Virus record (IMG/VR): IMGVR_UViG_3300042555_002918
Coordinates: 81,389-145,388 of that record
Origin: a virus
Reading direction: 5' to 3' (one strand)
DNA: 64,000 nucleotides
In this document: positions 55,984 through 64,000 of the stretch, piece by piece
Position numbering within the stretch: the stretch's first letter is position 1
How the letters are laid out: each line of letters opens with the position of its first letter
The notes under the pieces: model-generated
The model's input: the letters and a program-made list of their open reading frames with translations, nothing else
What the model was told of the DNA's origin: nothing
Database searches by the model: none
Made by a program: the position numbers and the translations under genes

Positions 55984-56602
55984 GCCCAACAATCTCCACC
56001 CAGCGCATTAGGTCTTCACGGGTGAAGTGTATCTTCGGCTACCCCAAATCCGGGATTATTTCACATTTTAGGTTGGATTGGTGACTGTAGACCTTTCCAT
56101 CCTACCCTTTCTTCCTCTTAAACTTGGTTATTTCAGATTTGGATTGATGATTGGTCGGTCTGGCATCCCTTTACCCTGGTTTTGTTGACATGAAATGTTT
56201 GAATCTTTGGTACTATAAAAGCAGGAGATAAGATGATGTGCATATGATCACTATACACATGCAGTGTCTGATTAGTGATTGTGTGATTCACATGTCACAT
56301 GGAACCCTATACAGACCTCCCTACTCTCTATTCAAATAGACCTAAAGACAGTTAAAGGATCGAAAGGTGTCCAGGTCTCATCACACTGTTCACTCCACAA
56401 TAAGGATCGGTCTAATAGGGATCCCTCATATTGATGTGTGTAAAACTCGTAGAAGAAGGTTGGCGTAGACAACCTAGAAGAGCCAACACTCAATATTCGG
56501 TTGAATGAAATAGAGATAACCCACTAATACCCTTCTGTGTTGAGAGTGGGTAGTTCCCACTTCCTCCTTAATAGTTCATACGGACCTTGGTCTGTCGTCC
56601 TG

Positions 56603-56637
56603 GGTAATGTTTGAGCTATGTCTGAATCAAGTAACCT
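56603..56637 (+). promoter_or_regulatory. variant promoter motif
   Basis: GGTAATGTTTGAG-N16-TAACCT. Confidence 0.6.
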
Positions 56638-56701
56638 CACAATACGCTCGCTTCTTTGTGTGAAGTGTAAATAGGAGCAGCGCACTCGTTAGAGGTACTG
56701 A

Positions 56702-58231
56702 ATGAAGAAACGACTAACACGACCCTACGTTGTTATCGGCACTGCCCACCTGGGGTTGAGCACTCCAATCCTCAAAGTCATAAGCTCATTTGCAAAGCAC
56801 TTCAATGCAAAGGTCCTCCACGTTGGTCCCCTCTGTACTGTTGAAGAACGCAAGATGTACGAAAATCGAATCCAAAGGGTTAAGACCTGGGAGAAGATCA
56901 CCGAGCGGAATATCCAGATAGAGGAGCTTTACCAGCGTTATAAGAAAGAAGCTGAGAAGTTACTTGGATTACAGAAAAAGAGAGTCCTGGCTCTTCAAGA
57001 GGCATTTGGTGAAATTGACTTTGTAGCTAACGACGAGCAGATGATCCCCGATTCCTCCATTCCGGTGATAGGATCTGAGTATTCCCTGTCTAGGCACCTG
57101 ATCCTTACTTCCATACCAGCTAATGGGGATAAGATTACAGGGGACCCTATTACATCAAAGTGTATGCTTGCCATGCGGGAATATAATTGTTCCGTACTGA
57201 TGGCCCACCCTATTCCTTCTACTCGCATGTACAAGAAGGAAGGCGTCAACTGCGCATATCAATTTGCTACTACCGGAAGTCTCATTCCGCCTGAGCGTTG
57301 CAAGCGGGTGAGCGATATCTGGAAGCAAATCCTTAAGCCGTCATTTATCTTTGTTGGGATTGATGCAAAGAGCGAAGAGTTCCACTGTCAGCGCGTAAGG
57401 GTAAAATCTCACCGAGATGAGTCCTTACATAGACAGGTACCTCACATAGCCTTTGACGGCCTGGTGTTTAAGGGTGACTTGAAAAAGCCAATTGAAGCTC
57501 AATCTGGCGACAAGGCCTGCTACATTACCGATATCCACGCTCCGCACCATGCAGAGAACGTTCTTCTTTGCTTTAAGGAGCTCATTAAGCTCCATAGTCC
57601 AGAGGTCGTCTTAGACGGAGGAGATACCGCTGACTTTGCTTCCGTGTCCCGTCATACGGAAGCCTTACCTGGGGCGAGGGAGAATCTTCGTCTTACCGAT
57701 GATCTTCAAGCGATGTGGAATGTCCTTGATGGTTTTAAGAAAGCTGCTCCGTCCGTTAAGACAGTAAAGGTCCTTGATTCAAACCATGCAGAGTGGCTTA
57801 CACTTTTCGTTCAGAAGAACCCAGCTCTTAAAGGACTTCTGGATTGGGAGACCTTAGCCAAGGGGTTCTTTAAGGAATTTGACTTAGTAGTCAGAAAAGG
57901 AAACGTAGGGGCAATCTGGTTTGGTGACCTTGCCATCCGACATGGGGACCAAGAGAACTCCTTAATGGACGCTCACCTCTCCTACCGTAACTACGTGGCT
58001 GGACACTTCCATGCATATCAAGAGCTAGGCGATGCGGTAAGAGTCGGGTGTGCAGCAAAGCTCGATCCTGGCTACTTACGCGGCAACAACACGGCGTGGC
58101 AGTGGCACATCACCACCTTTACAAAGTTTAAGGGCATCACCGACAAACACCCCCGAATCGTCCTGTCTAACAAGACAGGCAACCGCTCTACATTCATGTA
58201 TCGCGGACACATTTACGAAATTACACATTAA
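56702..58231 (+). CDS. calcineurin-like metallophosphoesterase
   Basis: TDIH, GGD..DF, SNH, RHGD, GHFH in the C-terminal half. Confidence 0.82.
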   Translation: MKKRLTRPYVVIGTAHLGLSTPILKVISSFAKHFNAKVLHVGPLCTVEERKMYENRIQRVKTWEKITERNIQIEELYQRYKKEAEKLLGLQKKRVLALQEAFGEIDFVANDEQMIPDSSIPVIGSEYSLSRHLILTSIPANGDKITGDPITSKCMLAMREYNCSVLMAHPIPSTRMYKKEGVNCAYQFATTGSLIPPERCKRVSDIWKQILKPSFIFVGIDAKSEEFHCQRVRVKSHRDESLHRQVPHIAFDGLVFKGDLKKPIEAQSGDKACYITDIHAPHHAENVLLCFKELIKLHSPEVVLDGGDTADFASVSRHTEALPGARENLRLTDDLQAMWNVLDGFKKAAPSVKTVKVLDSNHAEWLTLFVQKNPALKGLLDWETLAKGFFKEFDLVVRKGNVGAIWFGDLAIRHGDQENSLMDAHLSYRNYVAGHFHAYQELGDAVRVGCAAKLDPGYLRGNNTAWQWHITTFTKFKGITDKHPRIVLSNKTGNRSTFMYRGHIYEITH

Positions 58232-58245
58232 GAGCGGAGATATAC

Positions 58246-58599
58246 ATGGTTGAATTACTTCTTGATGACGTTCGAGTGATAAAGCTCACTACAGGAGAGG
58301 TCGTAGTTGGCTTTCAGGGGACGATGGGTGACGACCTGGATGAGAACCCTGAACTCGACAACTACATAGTTTTACAGCACCCGTACGTGGTTGATTGCGG
58401 TGTAATCAATAAAGATGATCCACAAACCTCATTTGCCATCAATTGCTACCGTTACATGCCCTATCTTCAAGACGAGGCCCTCCTCATTCAAAAGCACAAT
58501 ATCATAGCCATCGGTACACCAGATGACTCACTGATCCACTGCTACAGCACGTTAATAGAGATGGCTTTTGGGATGGTGGAAGATGGGGACGAAAACTGA
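58246..58599 (+). CDS. Sm-like domain protein
   Basis: VIKLTTGEVVVG..L..P...YMPY..I...P...L...Y. Confidence 0.7.
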   Translation: MVELLLDDVRVIKLTTGEVVVGFQGTMGDDLDENPELDNYIVLQHPYVVDCGVINKDDPQTSFAINCYRYMPYLQDEALLIQKHNIIAIGTPDDSLIHCYSTLIEMAFGMVEDGDEN

Positions 58600-58840
58600 T
58601 TCAAAGATCTTAGTAACATCAAGCCAGAGTGAGGGTGAGATTGTTGACGCTCTTATCGAAGAGGCTGACGAGATCATGAAGCTAGCAAAGCTTAGGGATA
58701 CCATGTCTCTGGGTTGTAAAAGCGCCCTTAGAACAAAATCAGAAAACTATCTGACCGAAGAGATTAGGAGGCGAGTAGATACCTTATCGGCGAACATCAT
58801 TCAGCGGTTCAGGCCTTTGCCTGGTGATGACAGTGAGTAA
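58583..58840 (+). CDS. hypothetical protein
   Basis: Overlaps the preceding stop; helical. Confidence 0.5.
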   Translation: MGTKTDSKILVTSSQSEGEIVDALIEEADEIMKLAKLRDTMSLGCKSALRTKSENYLTEEIRRRVDTLSANIIQRFRPLPGDDSE

Positions 58841-58863
58841 GGGTTAGCCAACTTTTTCATAAG

Positions 58864-58898
58864 GGTAATGCTCGGACTTCTCTGAGGTTTCGTAAGAT
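58864..58898 (+). promoter_or_regulatory. early/middle-type promoter motif
   Basis: GGTAATGCTCGGA-N16-TAAGAT. Confidence 0.72.
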
Positions 58899-58940
58899 AA
58901 ATGAACCTCACGATGAAACCGAATCTGTCTTTAAGGTTCT

Positions 58941-59255
58941 ATGCGACGACAACAAGATATCCTCAGATCGATTTTCCTAGATGGACTGGCCCTTCTTTCA
59001 ATTTGCATGGCGATTCTTATGATGAGCCTGCAGGTGAAGGCCTCTAAAAGCACACACACCGGCCTTGCGTACGTTGGTGAAGGCATGGCTCTTTGTCACT
59101 CCGACTACACTCCGGGGCAGGATGGATGGATCACTCTTGAGTTTACTGGGTTTAAAGTTTCAACAAAAAATCAAATAGTCTTCAATCTTCATGATGGCAC
59201 CACGGTGGAAGGAAATTTTCCATGCGTCATCAATTTAGACCGTCAACCTGATTGA
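58941..59255 (+). CDS. membrane-anchored or exported hypothetical protein
   Basis: N-terminal hydrophobic helix; promoter motif at 58864. Confidence 0.55.
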   Translation: MRRQQDILRSIFLDGLALLSICMAILMMSLQVKASKSTHTGLAYVGEGMALCHSDYTPGQDGWITLEFTGFKVSTKNQIVFNLHDGTTVEGNFPCVINLDRQPD

Positions 59256-59315
59256 TATCTCCGCAGTTGCATGTGGATGACTGATAAATAGACAGATCAC
59301 AGGAGGAATACCGCC

Positions 59316-59573
59316 ATGGGCACTTGGAAATACACTCAACCACCAACTTGGAGAAAAGACGCCGTAGCAACTTCTAGGGGATGGTGTCACCCAAAGACCG
59401 GAGAGGTGTTAGTTTGCTGCCGAGGACTTTTGAAACTCCGCCGCAAGAAGCTTGATGAAGAGGACTCTAACTTAATTACAGAGGATGACAGTCTGTTCGT
59501 TTTAGAGAATCAAAATTCAGATCGGACTGAGAATTTCTTTGACCTTGAAGACGAGTCCGAATCAGAAAGTTAA
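59316..59573 (+). CDS. small T4-like late protein
   Basis: P.W.KDAVAT.RGW.HPKTGE.LV; AGGAGG SD; TAAATA upstream. Confidence 0.7.
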   Translation: MGTWKYTQPPTWRKDAVATSRGWCHPKTGEVLVCCRGLLKLRRKKLDEEDSNLITEDDSLFVLENQNSDRTENFFDLEDESESES

Positions 59574-59579
59574 AAGTAC

Positions 59580-61052
59580 ATGGCTACAAACAATAACGAC
59601 AGAAAAATCAGTCAGTTACCGTTAGCGGACCCGCTAACAGGTGATGAACTGTTACCGCTTGTTCAAAATGGCCGCAACAAGCGCGTGTCTGTTTCTACCC
59701 TCGCCTCCCTTGCTGGCGGAGGCTCCCTTGGCGGAGGAATTTCCAGCGTAAACGGAATCATCGGACCTGACGTCGTATTGACTGCCAGTGACGTCGGTGC
59801 TGCCACTACTGAACAGGGTGCTAAAGCCGATACGTCTGAGCAGGTATCGCGCAAAAATCAAGCCCTTGGTTATGCTGGATTAGACGGGGCAGGGAAAATT
59901 CCTTTATCTCTCTTACCGAATACGGTCCTGGAACTTAAAGGCTCATGGGACGCCAACACTAACACCCCGCGCCTGGCGAATGGAACTGGGCAACCTGGGG
60001 ATATGTACATCGTAAGTACCCCAGGTACGGTTGATTTTGGAAATGGACCTATCACCTTTGCGTTGAATGACTCAGTGTACTACGGGTCAAATGGACGATA
60101 CTTCAAATCGATAAATTCGTCTGGGGTCACAAGCGTCAATTCCAAGCGAGGCATCGTAGTCCTGGACAAAGCCGACATTGGGCTTTCGCGTGTAGATAAT
60201 ACCAGCGACCTTCAAAAACCTGTCTCGATAGCAACTATTCAACAGCTTAACTTGAAGGTGAATGTAAGTGACGTTTCTGAGGTTGCGTTCTCGGGTGACT
60301 ACACTGATCTTATCAACAAACCAACCATTCCTAACGTCTCAGCAATTAACGCTGATATCTCTACCCTTAAAGACGATGTGGAAGTTCTCACTGGCGCTAT
60401 CAATAATGTAGAGAATTACATATCGAGCCTAGAAAATGGGCAAATAATATATAGGGAGAAGCCAACCGGCACTTTCAACGGCATAAATACTGTCTTTACT
60501 CTTGCAAATGCCCCTACTCTCGGCACCGAACAGGTTTTTGTAAACGGATTACTGCAAGAATACGGTGAGACCGGCGACTATATTATATCCGGGAACACCA
60601 TTGAATTTAACAACGCTCCCAAATCTTACTGGAGCGTTTTTGTAACATATGCAACTGGCAATGTGATTGTACCACCTGTGGACTCGGGTGGAGGGTCATC
60701 TCTCCCTCCCCGATCGTTGGCCGCTTTTCAATGGAGTAGTGAAGAGAAGGTCTATCCACTTGAGCGAGCATCGGATGGGTCCGTGCTCTATTGCAAAGAG
60801 ATAGAGATGGGATTTCTCGCCTGCAAGGGCGGTAAGAGCGTCCCTCACGGAATACAAAATTACGATGCAAAAAAGCTACATACCATCAGTGGTACTATCT
60901 ACAACACCGTCGGGAGCGATGCAGTTGCAATAAATAGCATGGCTTACGGAGGGAACTTCTGCATTTTGGATTCGGTAAACGTCAGCGTTTTTACCCCCAC
61001 TACGGACTGGACAACATACAAGTGCAATGTCCGGTTAGTTTACTCCAAGTAA
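59580..61052 (+). CDS. tail fibre / fibre-associated protein
   Basis: KISQLP, VTSVN..G.V.L, GYAGLD..GK.P, KG.WDA..NTP, VDNTSD..KPVS.A, FTL...P..G.E.VF.NGLLQ modules. Confidence 0.85.
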   Translation: MATNNNDRKISQLPLADPLTGDELLPLVQNGRNKRVSVSTLASLAGGGSLGGGISSVNGIIGPDVVLTASDVGAATTEQGAKADTSEQVSRKNQALGYAGLDGAGKIPLSLLPNTVLELKGSWDANTNTPRLANGTGQPGDMYIVSTPGTVDFGNGPITFALNDSVYYGSNGRYFKSINSSGVTSVNSKRGIVVLDKADIGLSRVDNTSDLQKPVSIATIQQLNLKVNVSDVSEVAFSGDYTDLINKPTIPNVSAINADISTLKDDVEVLTGAINNVENYISSLENGQIIYREKPTGTFNGINTVFTLANAPTLGTEQVFVNGLLQEYGETGDYIISGNTIEFNNAPKSYWSVFVTYATGNVIVPPVDSGGGSSLPPRSLAAFQWSSEEKVYPLERASDGSVLYCKEIEMGFLACKGGKSVPHGIQNYDAKKLHTISGTIYNTVGSDAVAINSMAYGGNFCILDSVNVSVFTPTTDWTTYKCNVRLVYSK

Positions 61053-61106
61053 ACAAGAACGATTTTTCACATTTTTTCGGTTAATGACAATTAAAGGTTA
61101 AACTCT

Positions 61107-64000
61107 ATGTCCAATAACATTAAGACAAAGATTTCAGGTGAGCAGATTATTGACGGAAGTATTACCCGTCAGAATCTGGATACCTCGATCGTCTCTGATA
61201 TCGATACCCTGATTCAGAGCGACCAGGCCCAAGCATCTGATATCTCCCAGATTCAATCTGACATCACCGCAGAGGAATCAGCTCGTATTGCAGCTGACTC
61301 GGCGCTTGGTGTTCGAGTTGATGACGTTGAAGCTGATCTCGCTGCTGAGGTCGCTCGTGCGCAAGCTGCTGAATCCACACTATCAGGTCGTGTTGGCACT
61401 CTTGAAGCTGATGCAACCACCAAAACTTACGTAGACCAAAAAGTAGCTGATCTTGTAAATTCCGCCCCTGCGGTTCTTGATACACTTAAAGAGCTTAGCG
61501 ATGCAATCGGAGAAGACCCAAACTTCTCAGTAACTGTGTCCGGCATGGTTGGCGAAGTTGCTGCGGACCTCTCAGATGAGGTTTCTCGTGCAATGGCCGC
61601 CGAGTCGTCACTCTCGGGAGACATCACAACTGAGCAAACCCGTGCGATGGCCGCTGAGGCAGATCTCGCTTCGGATATCAGCGCTGAAGAATCTCGCGCA
61701 ATGGCCGCTGAGGCTGCTCTTGGTTCCGACATCGCTGCTGAAGAATCTCGCGCAATGGCTGCTGAGGCTGTACTCGCTTCGGATATCGCTGCCGAGGAAA
61801 CTCGTGCCATGGCTGCTGAGGCCGGACTCGCTTCCGACATCTCCGCAGAGGAAACTCGTGCAATGGCTGCTGAGGCTGGATTGGCTTCAGACATCAGCGC
61901 CGAAGTTGTTCGCGCTACTGGCGTAGAAGCCGGACTCGCTTCCGACATCGCTGCTGAAGAGACCCGTGCTCTCGCTGCTGAGGCTGATCTCGCTTCAGAC
62001 ATCGCTGCTGAAGAGACCCGTGCCCTTGCGGCTGAGGGAGTTATCGCTTCCAATCTTGCCGCTGAGGTAACTCGTGCTCAAGGTGCTGAAAGCGACCTCT
62101 CTGGTCGTATCTCTGTCCTCGAACAAGACCCAACTACAAAGACCTATGTAGACCAACAGGTTGCAGGTCTGGTTGACTCTGCTCCAGAGGTATTAAACAC
62201 CCTGAAAGAGCTTGCTGATGCAATCGGCGAGGATCCTAACTTCTCGACAACAATCTCTGGCATGGTTGGTGCAGTTTCCGCCGATCTGGCTTCCGAGGTA
62301 ACTCGCGCTACTGGCGTAGAAGCCGGACTTGCTTCAGACATCGCTGATGAAGAGACCCGTGCTCTTGCTGCCGAGGCCGGACTTGCTTCCGATATCAGTG
62401 CTGAAGTAGTTCGCGCTACTGGCGTAGAGGCCGGACTTGCTTCAGACATCGCTGCTGAAGAGACTCGCGCTCTTGCCGCCGAGGCTGGACTTGCTTCAGA
62501 CATCTCCGCAGAGGAGACCCGCGCCATGGCCGCTGAGGCCGATCTCGCATCCGACCTTGCCGCTGAGGTAACTCGTGCTCAAGGTGCTGAGGCTTCAATC
62601 TCAGCCGATCTCGCTGCTGAGGTAACTCGTGCTCAAGGTGCTGAGGCTGATCTCGCTTCAGACATCGCCGCTGAGGTAACTCGTGCTCAAGGTGCTGAGG
62701 CTGATCTCGCTTCCGATCTCGCTGCTGAGGTGACTCGTGCTCAAGGCGTAGAAGCTGGACTCGCTTCAGATATCGCTGCTGAAGAGACTCGTGCTCTTGC
62801 TGCCGAAGGCGCTCTTGGAGTTCGAATTGACGGTGTAGAGGCTGATATCGCTGCTGAAGAGACTCGCGCTCTCGCTGCTGAAGGTGCATTAGACATCCGA
62901 GTATCAGTTCTTGAGCAGGACCCAACTACAAAGACTTATGTAGACCAACAGGTTGCGGGTCTTGTCAATTCTGCTCCTGCTGTGCTCGACACTCTGAAAG
63001 AGCTTGCTGACGCTATTGGAGAGGATCCAAACTTCTCGGCAACTATCTCTGGAATGGTTGGGACGGTATCTGCTGACCTCGCTGCTGAGGTAACTCGTGC
63101 TCAAGGTGCTGAGGCTGGACTTGCTTCAGACATCACTGCAGAGGAAACTCGTGCTCTCGCTGCTGAGGCTGGACTTGCTTCGGACATCACTGCAGAGGTA
63201 ACTCGCGCTCAAGGTGCTGAGGCCGATCTCGCTTCGGATATCAGTGCTGAAGAATCCCGTGCAATGGCAGCTGAGGGAGTCATCGCTTCCGATCTCGCTG
63301 CTGAGGTAACTCGCGCTACCGGCGTAGAGGCTGGACTTGCTTCAGACATCACTGCAGAGGAAACTCGTGCTCTCGCTGCTGAGGCTGGACTTGCTTCGGA
63401 CATCACAGCCGAAGAGACCCGCGCAATGGCTGCTGAGGCTGGACTCGCTTCGGATATCGCCGCTGAGGAGACTCGCGCTCTCGCTGCTGAAGGAGTTCTC
63501 GCTTTGGATCTTGCTGCTGAGGTAACTCGTGCTACTGGCGTAGAAGCCGGACTTGCTTCGGATATCAGTACTGAAGAATCCCGTGCTATGGCTGCTGAGG
63601 CTGGGCTTGCTTCAGACATCACTGCTGAGGAAACTCGTGCTCTCGCTGCTGAGGCTGGACTTGCTTCAGACATCTCCGCAGAGGAGACCCGCGCTATGGC
63701 CGCTGAGGCTGGACTGGCTTCCGACATCGCTGCTGAAGAATCCCGTGCTATGGCTGCTGAGGCTGGACTCGACTCAAGAGTATCAGTTCTTGAGCAGGAC
63801 CCAACTACAAAGACTTATGTAGACCAACAGGTTGCGGGTCTTGTCAATTCTGCTCCTGCTGTGCTCGACACTCTGAAAGAGCTTGCTGACGCTATTGGAG
63901 AGGATCCAAACTTCTCGGCAACTATCTCTGGAATGGTTGGGACGGTATCTGCTGACCTCGCTGCTGAGGTAACTCGTGCTCAAGGTGCTGAGGCTGGACT
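61107..64000 (+). CDS. long repetitive coiled-coil fibre protein (runs off window)
   Basis: Hand translation from ATG 61107: MSNNIKTKISGEQIIDGSIT..., then 18-aa repeats AEETRALAAEAGLASDI(A/S/T) broken by four YVDQ..SAP.VL.TLKEL.DAIGEDPNFS modules. Confidence 0.88.
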   Translation, partial: MSNNIKTKISGEQIIDGSITRQNLDTSIVSDIDTLIQSDQAQASDISQIQSDITAEESARIAADSALGVRVDDVEADLAAEVARAQAAESTLSGRVGTLEADATTKTYVDQKVADLVNSAPAVLDTLKELSDAIGEDPNFSVTVSGMVGEVAADLSDEVSRAMAAESSLSGDITTEQTRAMAAEADLASDISAEESRAMAAEAALGSDIAAEESRAMAAEAVLASDIAAEETRAMAAEAGLASDISAEETRAMAAEAGLASDISAEVVRATGVEAGLASDIAAEETRALAAEADLASDIAAEETRALAAEGVIASNLAAEVTRAQGAESDLSGRISVLEQDPTTKTYVDQQVAGLVDSAPEVLNTLKELADAIGEDPNFSTTISGMVGAVSADLASEVTRATGVEAGLASDIADEETRALAAEAGLASDISAEVVRATGVEAGLASDIAAEETRALAAEAGLASDISAEETRAMAAEADLASDLAAEVTRAQGAEASISADLAAEVTRAQGAEADLASDIAAEVTRAQGAEADLASDLAAEVTRAQGVEAGLASDIAAEETRALAAEGALGVRIDGVEADIAAEETRALAAEGALDIRVSVLEQDPTTKTYVDQQVAGLVNSAPAVLDTLKELADAIGEDPNFSATISGMVGTVSADLAAEVTRAQGAEAGLASDITAEETRALAAEAGLASDITAEVTRAQGAEADLASDISAEESRAMAAEGVIASDLAAEVTRATGVEAGLASDITAEETRALAAEAGLASDITAEETRAMAAEAGLASDIAAEETRALAAEGVLALDLAAEVTRATGVEAGLASDISTEESRAMAAEAGLASDITAEETRALAAEAGLASDISAEETRAMAAEAGLASDIAAEESRAMAAEAGLDSRVSVLEQDPTTKTYVDQQVAGLVNSAPAVLDTLKELADAIGEDPNFSATISGMVGTVSADLAAEVTRAQGAEAG
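61560..64000 (+). repeat. 54-bp coding tandem repeats within higher-order units of about 0.7-0.9 kb
   Basis: Recurring GCTGAAGAGACCCGTGCTCTCGCTGCTGAGGCTGGACTTGCTTCAGACATC variants; 62899-63121 identical to 63778-64000. Confidence 0.92.

Noticed and set aside
56185-56216. Canonical sigma70 promoter TTGACA...TACTAT
   Set aside because: The spacer is 20 nt, too long for a standard promoter.
2687-58876. GCCGAGCATTACC copies as dispersed mobile repeats or recombination sites
   Set aside because: Consistent orientation toward genes and fixed spacing to a -10 element fit a promoter better.
61264-63983. Several minus-strand and off-frame repetitive ORFs
   Set aside because: By-products of the stop-poor 54-bp repeats of the plus-strand fibre gene.
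61560-64000. CRISPR or other non-coding repeat array
   Set aside because: Units are in-frame coding repeats with synonymous variation and no unique spacers; no cas genes are in the window.
1-64000. Diversity-generating retroelement, retron or alternative genetic code
   Set aside because: No reverse transcriptase motifs were seen, and core genes translate full-length in the standard code.

Overview
A 64-kb segment of a divergent T4-like myovirus that infects a Gram-negative host (it has a spanin pair and lipoproteins). The T4 core genes are recognisable but the order is shuffled. Baseplate: gp6, gp25, gp5. Head: gp20, gp21, gp22, gp23. Replication and recombination: gp61, gp41, gp43, gp44/62/45, gp46/47, uvsX/Y/W, RNase H. 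Also gp55, regA, gp3, dam, a class II RNR, dCTP deaminase, guanylate kinase, a lysozyme and two fibre genes, the last a long repeat protein that runs off the window. Unusual features read directly from the sequence: (1) an apparently complete integration module (tyrosine integrase, two excisionase-like paralogs, and an attP built on the 3' part of tRNA-Gly(GCC) with arm repeats on both sides), which suggests a temperate T4-like phage; (2) an 18-copy promoter motif GGTAATGCTCGGC-N16-TAnnnT in front of replication and accessory genes; (3) TAAATA late promoters that give either leaderless mRNAs or leaders whose hairpin covers the start region only on read-through transcripts; (4) a putative capsid-packaged effector cassette of two ADP-ribosyltransferases and a kinase-like protein with T4 internal-protein-like N-termini; (5) a candidate operator palindrome, a Rep-like gene followed by a long non-coding region, and a gp5 spike with an extra C-terminal domain resembling one in an exported phage protein. 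All family assignments come from motif recognition, not database searches.
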